A stretch of DNA of 64,000 nucleotides from Octopus sinensis (lineage: Eukaryota). Shown piece after piece: positions 54,280 through 64,000 of the stretch. The notes under the pieces are model-generated. The model was not told where the DNA came from, did not search any database, and saw only the letters and a program-made list of their open reading frames with translations. Positions within the stretch are counted from its first letter, which is position 1. The number at the start of each line of letters is the position of its first letter. A program made the position numbers and the translations under genes. The DNA lies in NCBI RefSeq assembly GCF_006345805.1, contig NC_043001.1, positions 96,224,001 through 96,288,000 of the forward strand, read 5' to 3'.

Positions 54280-54354
54280 TAATATATGTATATATGTATA
54301 TATGTATATAATATAATATATATGTATAATAAATACGCTTGCGCGCATAGACAG

Positions 54355-54390
<36 letters not shown>

Positions 54391-54447
54391 ATATATATAT
54401 ATACATATATATATACATACATACATACATACATACATACATACATA

Positions 54448-54479
<32 letters not shown>

Positions 54480-55365
54480 ATGTATACATATATGTATATA
54501 ATAAATACATGGCTACGTAATACGTACGTACATACATACGCATATGCATATATATACATATGTATATATACAGGCAATATAAACCATTTATTTTTCGAAC
54601 TGATCTATTTAGGGTTTCACGTTTTATTGATGTTTTCGGTGATATTGGGTGACAGAAGTAGGCTGCAATATTCTAAATGAGATTTTAGGAAAATTGGAAT
54701 ATTGTGCTGAGGTGATTAATTCTGTCTTTCCACTGAAATATTTTAAAATCTGGGGACACACATTTTTTTACCCCCATCGTGAGTTCTGCATTCTTCTTCA
54801 TACAGTATGTGTTTTTAAAATTAAAAAAGCCAATTTCGTAAGCACATCAAAGCTTATAAGAAGATGATAGTCGAAAAGAACCGGAGATGACTGTCGTTTC
54901 TATACGGAAACAGGCGTGTTGTTACGGAAGTTTGTTTAGCAGTCACATAGTTCTGCGTTCGATTGCACCGTAATGCACATTACGTTTGTATCTTCCAACA
55001 CAGAAATCTTGATGACCAATAAATTGCGAGTGCAGTTTGGAAGACATTGCATACACACACCCACATGTATAATTATGCATACTTAATACATAGATACACG
55101 CTGTCTGTCTGTCTGCCTACCTATCTATTTATTCTTTTACTTGTTTCAGTCACTTGACTGCAACCATGCTGGAGCAGCGCTCTAAAGGGTTTTAGTCGAA
55201 GAAATCTAATTCTTTGTAAGCCTAGTGCTTATACATTATTTACAATTTGTCTTCATCTTGTTTGTTGTTAACCCTCTCCGCTCTTGGGGAAATGTTGAAC
55301 CCAGGTTCGAAATTTCCCCAAAGACAAAAACGAAAACAAGGAAACCAAGAATTCGTGCTCCTTGA

Positions 55366-55469
55366 TTGCAGAAAGTACGGTTAATTTCGAAATACTAAGG
55401 TATTTTTCGATGCTGTTATTTTCATCGAAAAATACCTTAGTATTTCGAAATTAAACGTACTTTCTGCAA
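55366..55469. repeat. Near-perfect hairpin, 47-bp arms with a 10-nt loop
   Basis: 55366-55412 versus the reverse complement of 55423-55469, one mismatch. Confidence 0.95.
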
Positions 55470-55503
55470 ATGCTGTTACTATTATTATTATTATTATTAT
55501 TAT

Positions 55504-55572
55504 TCACTGCCTGGAATCGAACTCGGAATCTTGGGGTTAGTAACCTGCGCTCTTAACCACTACGTCATATGC
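55504..55572 (-). promoter_or_regulatory. tRNA-like internal Pol III promoter cassette (A and B boxes)
   Basis: TGACGTAGTGG (A box) and GAGTTCGATTCC (B box) at tRNA spacing; cloverleaf stems degenerate. Confidence 0.6.
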
Positions 55573-55603
55573 TAGTGGGCAATTACAGAGTGAAATTTAG
55601 GGC

Positions 55604-56433
55604 TTATAAAACTAATATTCTCCTATCCTTCCTTAATACCGGTTCCCATATACTATTCATACCTGCACTCGGTCTGCTTAGGAGGCTATTGTATCCTAGC
55701 ATATGTGCTGCTTGTTTTAGCTTTCGTATTTTCCACTGGTGTTCTCTGACTATTATTTTAACTTCATCCCACAGAGGGAGGTGGTCTCCATTTTTCCCAT
55801 TCATGATTAGCTATACCCGATTTATCAATATCTCCCCGTGTCACAGCTTTGCGATGTTCCTCTACCCTTATTTTAAGGGGGCGGCATGTTTCGCCTTTGT
55901 ATCGCCTACCACAGCTACATGGGATGGAGTACATGCAGTTCTTATTCATATTCTCTTCAATTGGTGGTTTTACTCGAAGGAGATATTTGCGAAGTGTTGT
56001 ATTACTCTTGAATACTGTCCTGATGTCATATGGGTCGCATATCTTTTGTATCTTTTTGGAGAGGCCTTTCACATAGGATAGACAGACTGTAGACAGTTTA
56101 TCGGTTTCATCCTCTCTTTTCTTCCACATTGGAGTGCAGAGTATGCGTTTGGGGTAGTTGTTGCTTAACAGATTGTTACTGAGCTTGATCATTTCTTAGT
56201 AGTGAGTATCATGATCGCTAACTTATATTCATTGCTCGATGTTTTAGGCATTGAGCAATCCCTCTCTTTACACTGAATGGATGGTGGGAATTGAAGGTGA
56301 AGTATCGTACAGTGAAGGTCGGCTAGTGGTATATGGATGTCCTGAATCCATACTTGGTGCGTGTTATTAATACGTCCAGGAATCCTAGCTGATTGTCTTT
56401 TTCTTTTTCCATTGTGAACTGTATGGATGGCTT
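55604..56433 (-). pseudogene. PLE RT-thumb/GIY-YIG endonuclease remnant
   Basis: IQFTMEKEKDNQLGFLDVLITR, YH*PTFT, NSHHP.SVKRGI, CMYSIPCSCGRRYKGET..LKIRVEEH, WDEVKII.RE..W..RKLK; stop codon and frameshifts. Confidence 0.85.
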
Positions 56434-56967
56434 GCGGTATACGGATGTTCTGAATCCATACTTGGAAGATATCCAAGTGCTGTTAGATCATGTGAACTCA
56501 ATAAAGCCATCCATACAGTTCACGACGAAAAAAGGAAAAGACAATTAACTAGCATGTCTGGACGTATTAATAACACGCTGCAAGTATGGATTCAGGACAT
56601 CCATATACCACTAGCCGACCTTCACTGTACGATACCTCAACTTCAACTCCCACCATCCATACAGTGTAAAGAGAGGGATTGCTCAGTGCCTATAACATCA
56701 AGCAATGAATATAACTAGCGATAGTGATACCCCCTACTAAGAAATGATCAAGCTCAGTAACAATCTATTAAGCAACAACTACCCCAAAAGCATACTCTCT
56801 ACTCCAATGAGGAAGAAAAGTTAGGATGAAACTGATAAGTTGTCCACAATCTGTCTACCCTATGTGAAAGGCCTCTCCAAAAAGATACAAAAGATATGAC
56901 ATATGACATCAGGATATAATTCTTCATCTCTTAAATATAGAACTGTATTACAACGGGCTTTCTTTTA

Positions 56968-57148
56968 AGGAGGCGAGCTGGTAGAATTTTTGGCATGCTG
57001 GGCAAAATGCGTAGTGGCATTCCGTCTGCCGTAGTCCACTTTATTAATTCATCCCTTTGGAGTTGATGAGATAAGTCTCTGTTACTTACTGGAGTTGAAG
57101 TAATCGACTAGCCCCCTCCCCTCTTCCAAAATTTCAGGCCTTGTGCAT
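56968..57148 (+). mobile_element. SINE family D monomer, diverged
   Basis: aggcgagctggtagaa head; aaaatttcaggccttgtgc tail. Confidence 0.75.
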
Positions 57149-57150
57149 AA

Positions 57151-57320
57151 TTTTTTTACTTGTTTCAATCATTTGACTGCGGCCATGCTGGAGCACTACC
57201 TTTAGTCGAGCAAACCGACCCCAGGACTTATTCTATCGGTCTCTTTTGCAAAACCGCTACGTTACCGGAACGTAAACACACGAGCATCGGTTGTCAAGCG
57301 ATGTTGGGGGACAAACACAT
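57151..57320 (-). mobile_element. SINE family B 3' half
   Basis: acttgtttcaatcatttgactgcggccatgctggagc through gcgatgttggggg. Confidence 0.85.
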
Positions 57321-57399
57321 ACATACAAGCACACACACACACACACACACACACACGTACACACACACATATATAAATATTATAATTACACACAAATAT

Positions 57400-57700
57400 T
57401 TCCATTTTCTCCACTCACCTTCAAATATACTCTCCACTTTTACTTTCATTTGCATATACTTACAACTTATTCTTCTCTTAATTCCCTCAGCACATAACCG
57501 CTAATCAATGCACTCCTCTCTGCCAGAAACCACTTCTATTTTACCATTATTCTCTCTACTATTATAAACACATGCATGTTTTTCTTCACTTCTCTATCAT
57601 GACAAAGGATAAACTATCCGAAACGTTGATATCTCTTATTTCCTTCCTCAGTGTAATACATCGACTTTGCACTACTTCATTCTTCGTTTTTACTATTGTT
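57400..57700 (+). mobile_element. PLE-type terminal repeat with a degenerate hammerhead
   Basis: Pyrimidine-rich leader, then TATC-ATGACAA-A-GGATA-aac-TATCC-GAAA-CGTT-GATA at 57595-57631, ttccttcctcagtgtaatac, ending in (TA)n. Confidence 0.5.
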
Positions 57701-57704
57701 ATAT

Positions 57705-57741
<37 letters not shown>

Positions 57742-58259
57742 GTATTCGTTCATAATTTACCTTCTGGATTAGCGAAATAGGTCAAACATAGACTTACAAA
57801 TACTTAGCAATCAATAAACTAGACAAACTACAAGGCGCACAAAATAAACAAAAAAAACCCAAAACAAACAAACAAAACAAAAAATAAAATAGGAAGGAAT
57901 ATTATAGACACGCAAGATTAATACTTAAAACAAAAGACGAAACAAATGTCAAAAGCACGGTAATATTATTAATACGCAAGCTACCACAACAAAAAGTTAT
58001 AGATATAATATTCTCGATTAGAAGCTAAGTGAATTAGTGAGAAAGACATCGCAAAGAAATAAAAAAAAATAGCAAATATTCCTTTTATGTTGCTGCTTTT
58101 GTTGTTGTTGCTATTGTGTTTGAATTGTTTTTTTTTCTCATGAAAGTTAATGTTTCCAAGTCTATCATTTTTTGGTGTTCTCTGTTCTAAAAGTGTAAGT
58201 GTTCAGGCTCGGTGCTCCATCAGTGTATTTGATGCGTCTGTTTCTTTTTTTAATCTTTG

Positions 58260-58690
58260 CTCTTTTACTTGTTTCAGTCATTTGACTGTGGCCATGCTGC
58301 AGCATAGACTTTTAGTCGAGCAAATCGATTCGACCACAGGACTTATTCTTTGTAAGCCTAGTACTTATTCTATCGGTCTCTTTTTACCGAGCCGCTAAGT
58401 TACGGGGACGTTAACACACCAGCATCGGTTATCGAACGATGTTGGGGGGACAATAACAGACACACACACACACACACAACACACACACACACACACACAC
58501 ACCACACACACACACACACACACATATGTCGGGCTTCTTTCAGTTTCCGTCTGCCAAATCCACTCACAAGGCTTTGGTCGGCCCGAGGCTATAGTAAAAG
58601 ACACTTGCCCAAGGTGCCACGCAGTGGGACTGAACCTGGAACTATGTGGTTCGTAAGCAAGCTACTTACCACACAGCCACTCCTACGCCT
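58260..58690 (-). mobile_element. SINE family B, full length
   Basis: All B modules; the minus strand starts aggcgtaggagtggctgtgtgg. Confidence 0.92.
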
Positions 58691-58814
58691 TTGAAAATAT
58701 TTTCTAGTTGTGTTTGGTTGTGGCACTGTTGCAACTATCACGGAAAGAACCTGTTCTTACCATTCCTTCGGCTAACGTCTTGCAACGCGTGGAAATGATT
58801 TCAAATTTTGCCAC

Positions 58815-59078
58815 GAGGCCAGCAATTTCGATGGAGGGAGTAAATTCGACACACTGATCATTCTACCAGCTTGCTCCCTTAAAGTGTCTTTTAATAAGCC
58901 TGAAATTTTGGTGGAAGGCGGCTAGTCGATTACGTTGACCCCAGTACTTATTTCATCGACCCGAAAGGATAAAAGGCAAAGTCGACCATGGCGGAACTGA
59001 ACTCAGAATGTAAAAACTGACGAAATGCCGGTAAACATTTTGGTTGAAATGCCAACCATTCTGCCAGTTCGCTGCCTT
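58815..59078 (-). mobile_element. SINE family D with duplicated tail piece
   Basis: cgaccatggcggaactgaactcagaatg...ctgccagttcgctgcc. Confidence 0.75.
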
Positions 59079-59512
59079 AACACGTGAAAATATTACAAAT
59101 ACATAAAACTATAGTTGGTTGCTCTTCTTTCGGTCTTCTAGTAATTTGTGCGAGAGTGGCAAACTGCAGTATCATGTCTCTACGATTTATGCATTTGTAG
59201 GCCAATGGTCAAGTGATTCTACCTACTCGGCAGAAAGTGTAGTCTCATTATCTCAGGGCAACAATATTGCTCTTATATTTTGATAATAGCTCTTGTTTTT
59301 CCTTCGAGCTTGTAATTGTCCGTTTAAATGTTGCACGGGAAAGCTATTTTCCTTATTGTTTTTTGTTGTTGTTATTATTGTTTTTGTTTATCTTGTAGCA
59401 ATCCTCGTTGTCTTTTGTTGCTTTTGCAGCTGTGCTGTGCTGTGCTGTTGTGCTGTTGAGCGTAGCGGTCTTCGCCCAGTGGGAGAAGTCCGAAACGTGG
59501 TCATTTGCTATT

Positions 59513-59800
59513 CGTAAGACCCGCAGAAGAGAAAGCAGGTCAACCCCCGACACCGAGAGCATAGACGGATGGATGAATGCGCATCCAGGCTCAGCGGTTG
59601 CGTATGAAGTAGGGGACAAGAAACAGGAAGAAAGAGTGAGAGAAAGTTGGTGCGAAAGTATACAACAGGGATCGCCACCACCCCCTACCGGAGCCTCCTG
59701 GAGCTTTAGGTGCTTTCGCTCAATAAACACACACAACGCCCGGTCTAGAAATCGAAACCGCGAGTCCGCTGCCCTAACCATTGGGCCATTGCGCCTCCAC
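59513..59800 (-). mobile_element. SINE family A, tail type 3, 7-bp TSD
   Basis: Head gtggaggcgcaatggcccaatggttagg; tgctatt at 59506-59512 and 59801-59807. Confidence 0.88.
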
Positions 59801-60242
59801 TGCTATTGCAGCTGTTGCTACAGGTTTCAGGAAACTACTTTTCGTCTTTATACTATGATGTACGTTGGCTTGTACAATGTTGAAACCTTTCGTTGCTATG
59901 ATCGCAAGATTCCTCTTTGTAGCCTAGCCGAACACTACTAGACTTTCAAGTCTCTCTCTTTGCCTTATCTTCCGTTTCTCTTTCACTGCCCTCTATCACG
60001 AATATTATCATGGCATTCTTTGGATCTATGTTATTTTTGAAAATAAATAATGGATATTTTAAAAAACAGATTTTTTTTTAAAACAACGCGATGATTCCAC
60101 AGAAGGATTAACACCAAAGAAGAATGGCATCAAGATATTGCTTGCTGGTTTTGTCAACAACATCGGCAAGAAAAAATAAAGTAAAGGAGCAAAAACATCA
60201 GAAAATGTGTAAAAATCTACATTGGTGATTAACAAAAATCTA

Positions 60243-60503
60243 TTAGTAGTAGTAGCAACAGTAGCAGCAGCAGTAGCAATAGTAGTAGTAGTAGTAGTAG
60301 TAGTAGTAGAAGTAGTAGTTGTAACAGTAGCAATAGTAGTAGTAGTAGTAATAGAAGAAGTAGTAGTAGTAGTAGTAGTAGTTGTAGTAGTTGTAGTAGA
60401 ATTAGTAGTAGTAGCAGTAGTAATAGTAGTAGTAGAAGTAGTAGTAGTAGTAGAGAAGAAGAAGAAGAAGAAGAAGAAGAAGAAGAAGAAGAAGAAGAAG
60501 AAG

Positions 60504-60534
<31 letters not shown>

Positions 60535-60535
60535 G
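60243..60535. repeat. (GTA)n then (GAA)n trinucleotide repeats
   Basis: Tandem triplets. Confidence 0.95.
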
Positions 60536-60572
60536 GTAGCAGCAGTAGTAACAATATCAACAGCAATAATAA

Positions 60573-60789
60573 TTCTTTCTGTTATAGGGACAAGGGCTGA
60601 AATTTTTTGTGGGAAGGGGCTAGTCAACTACATCGACCCTAATATTCAACTGGTATTTATTTTGTTGACTCAGAAAGTCGGAAAGGAAAAATCGACCTCG
60701 ACGGAATTTGAACTCAGAGTGTAAAGACGGACGAAATGCCGCTAAGCATTTTGCCCGGCGTGTTAACGAGTCTGCCAGCACGCCGCCTT
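60573..60789 (-). mobile_element. SINE family D monomer, full length
   Basis: Head ggcggcgtgctggcagactcgttaac on the minus strand, with B box and tail. Confidence 0.85.
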
Positions 60790-61486
60790 AGTAAAAATAT
60801 TAATAATAATAACAAGAACAAGAACAAGAACAAGAACAAGAACAACAAGAACAACAACAACAACAATAATAATAATAATGATGATGATGATGATGATGAT
60901 GATAATGATGCCCTGATGCAGTAGCAGGCAGTGGCTCTCGTGGCTTCTGATCTTAACTGATTGGAAGTGTTATCATGTACATTGTTTTGTCTTGGTATAA
61001 AAGATGGGCGACAGCAAATATTCTGCTCAATACCACAGATTTGCTTGTCAGTTGTTTGACCTTTACCAGTTGACCATCTCCCTTAGTGGCTGACAATATG
61101 TGCACCTCTAATCACGAGCAGAATTAGTGGGGAGCATCATAGCTGTGTGTTGAAAGGAATTCTTGGAGGTTTGGATAATTCACCTTTGGAAACCTGGGTG
61201 GTTCGTTCAACATCCTTAAACAACTCTTATTCAGGGACCTTTTGAGCGGGATGGGCTACTCGACAGAAGAAACTTCTAACTGGGCCCCACCTGCAAGGTC
61301 ATGCGCTGTTAATCTTGATATGAGATCACCATGTCTCGCACATATGGTTGTGACGCATGTGCCTGGTGTACCCTTATGAGACAGGTAGTCATGATGGGTA
61401 TACTGGGCTTCGTATATTTTACGCCAGTGTCACTTTGATGGCATGCACTGCTCTCTCACTCAATAATAATAATAATAGTTTTAGAT

Positions 61487-61880
61487 TTTGGCACAAGGCC
61501 AGCAATTTCGTGAGTGGGGTGTAGGTCGATTACATTGATATCAGTACTCAACTGGTACTTATTTTATCGACCCAGAATGGATGAAAAGTAAAGTCCACCA
61601 AGGTTGAATTTGAACTCAGAACGGACGAAACACTGCTAAGTAATTTGCCGGTGTGCTAACGATTGTTCAAAGTATTCCGATTTAGGCACAAAGCCAGTAC
61701 GTTTTTGAGAGGTTAAACATAGTCGATTGACTCGATCGCAATAGTGCTCTGGTACTTAATTCTATCGACTTTGGAAAAATGAAAAGTAAAGTTGGCTTTA
61801 GCTGGATTTGAACTGAGAACGTAAAAAATCGGAGAATATAGCTCAAAGCGTTACGTCCGACGTTTCAACGATTTTGCCAA
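61487..61880 (-). mobile_element. Two diverged SINE-D monomers
   Basis: ggcacaaggccagc and ggcacaaagccagt tails; two ttgaact(c/g)agaac B-box regions. Confidence 0.7.
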
Positions 61881-62593
61881 ACGCTATAAAGCAGCGGAAG
61901 CAGACTCATTACATGAACAAATGGCAAATATTAATAACAGAACATTTTCTCGTTCCACAAAAGAAATAATGCACACGCTTCAAGTACACAGAAGTGCACT
62001 TAGCGGTGCAGAGTGAAAAATTCACCATATTATCTATTAACACATTCCTAAGGAGGTACAATGGATTAATGGATTCCATGTCGAATCTCTGGGCTAAAGA
62101 ATCGTGACTTCCTCTTCCATTATTGGCTCTATTCTGCTCAATTTGATTCTTCTCACCTCCTGCTGGCCACTATATAACTGATTTGGTTCGAAGCAGCTAA
62201 AAACAAGGAGAAAACTAGCGACGAAACAACGATTAGTGTTATAGTTTTATATTATTCTCCATCTCTTTCTGTCACGCCTCTCCCGCTTCCTCCATTTCTG
62301 CCTTTCGCTTGCAATCTCTCTGTTCCGTTCATACTAGAACTGAATAACACATACGCATGTAAGCTGTGTATGATGCTCTCATACACTTCGTTTATGTGCG
62401 ACATTTAAAAATTGATTATGTTGGAATCTGACGTAAACAAGAGTTTATTGAGTAGTTAACTACTGATAATATTTGTATATTTGATATGAATATATCAGCT
62501 ACACTATTCAGGGCAAAGGCCAGTGAAACATTTCTGATAATATTGCATTTAATGTTAGAATAATCGTTAGTTTGTGGTGATAGCAATGTTTCA

Positions 62594-62625
<32 letters not shown>

Positions 62626-62858
62626 AACATACATTACACACGTACATACATACAGACACACACACACACTCACGCATGCACGCACATACACAAATATATA
62701 CAAACACTCACAAATATACATACCCACACAAATATATACAAAATACACAGAGACACAGACACGCACACATACACAGATATGTGAAAAAGCATATATACAC
62801 ATATATACATATATATATATATATACATACATATATATATATATATATAATATATATA

Positions 62859-62905
<47 letters not shown>

Positions 62906-63067
62906 TTTATATTTCCATAATTACACGCATACGTATACACACACACGCATGCGCGCACATACATATTCATATGCAACAAGACGGCCTTGCCAAAGAAAAC
63001 CCCTACAAACTAAAATAATGCAACGCAAAGAAAACGGAAAAAGAAAAAAAAATTCTTCCTCATTGTG

Positions 63068-63500
63068 GTAGTTGTTATTGAAGTTGTTGTTGTTCTTGTT
63101 TTTACCCTTGTTTTTGTTGTTGTTGTTGTTGCTGCTGCCGTTCTTTTTTTTCTTCTTCTTTTTCTCGTCTACAAATACACCAGTCTATTTTCAGCTATCA
63201 GCATCGGCATTAGCTGCAGCAGCAGAAGAAGAAAAAGGAAGAAAATTAAAAGAAGTAGTAGTAGTAGTAGAAGAAGAAGAAGAAGAAGAAGAAAAACGAG
63301 AAGAAGAAGAAACTCAAGAAGAGCAATATAAAAACAAAAAAAGATGACGATATTGATGTAGCTGCTGCTGCTGATGATGATGGTGATGATGATGGTGATG
63401 ATGATGATGGTGATGATAATGATGATGATCGTGATAATGATGATGATAGTGATAATGGTGATGATGATGATGATGAGGATGATGATGACGACGACAGCGA
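63068..63500. repeat. (GTT)/(GAA)/(GAT) trinucleotide cluster
   Basis: Successive triplet tracts. Confidence 0.9.
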
Positions 63501-63906
63501 TGCGATGCAAAAAAAGAAGAAATTTAAAAATAAATGAAATATGACACAACAGATAAGTGGGTTGGATTGCAATTCAGAAGGCGATAAAACAGGGAAAGAA
63601 TACATAGGAATTCTTTTAAAGTGCGAAACGACCCACACACACACACATACACACACAAACACACGCACACACACAAACACACACACACACGCATAGATAT
63701 ACAACAAAAACCCATATATTCCCCCCATCGCCATAGACACATATATACACATAAAATGTCATATACATACTTGGAAGCAAATATTTTTTTAGTATGATAC
63801 TTATAACTCCAGTTATTTACAATTGTTTACGTAAATATATACACTCACACATTAACACATTCATACATACCCGCATACAAACACACATATACGCATTATA
63901 TATATA

Positions 63907-63945
<39 letters not shown>

Positions 63946-63951
63946 TATTAT

Positions 63952-63994
<43 letters not shown>

Positions 63995-64000
63995 CATACA

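Larger units (their letters stand above)
55232..56914 (-). mobile_element. Rearranged Penelope/Poseidon-like element (5'-truncated, with 5' inverted duplication)
   Basis: RT thumb, C-terminal GIY-YIG and terminal region on the minus strand; inverted copy of the thumb region at 56504-56914. Confidence 0.85.

Noticed and set aside
55504-55572. Functional tRNA gene
   Set aside because: A and B boxes are present but the acceptor, anticodon and T stems do not pair properly
59453-59500. CTGTTGA...GAAACGTGG hammerhead-like string
   Set aside because: Stem II does not close next to the core

Overview
AT-rich, microsatellite-saturated eukaryotic DNA with no recognisable host protein-coding gene. The tRNA-derived SINE families and (TA)n/(GATA)n/(TACA)n density resemble a coleoid cephalopod (Octopus-like) intron or intergenic region; this is inference from recalled sequences, not a search. 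Nearly all supplied ORFs are simple-repeat artefacts. The real content is a layered transposon landscape: four tRNA-headed SINE families (called A-D here), dead LINE relics (RTE, CR1-group, Tx1/L1, R4/Dong-like), Tc1/mariner relics, two non-autonomous Helitrons, fold-back elements, and a rearranged Penelope-like element (PLE). There is one 100-N gap. The most notable observations: (1) SINE-D moved as dimers and trimers, each bounded by one 16-19 bp target-site duplication and with fixed internal junctions, and also forms a 184-bp hexamer array; (2) five minimal hammerhead-ribozyme-like motifs in PLE-type terminal repeats; (3) a PLE whose 3' end carries a tRNA-like Pol III cassette, a 47-bp hairpin and a segment shared with unique DNA 2.2 kb away, and whose 5' end is a ~410-bp inverted duplication. 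All alignments and counts were done by eye, so coordinates may be off by a few bases.
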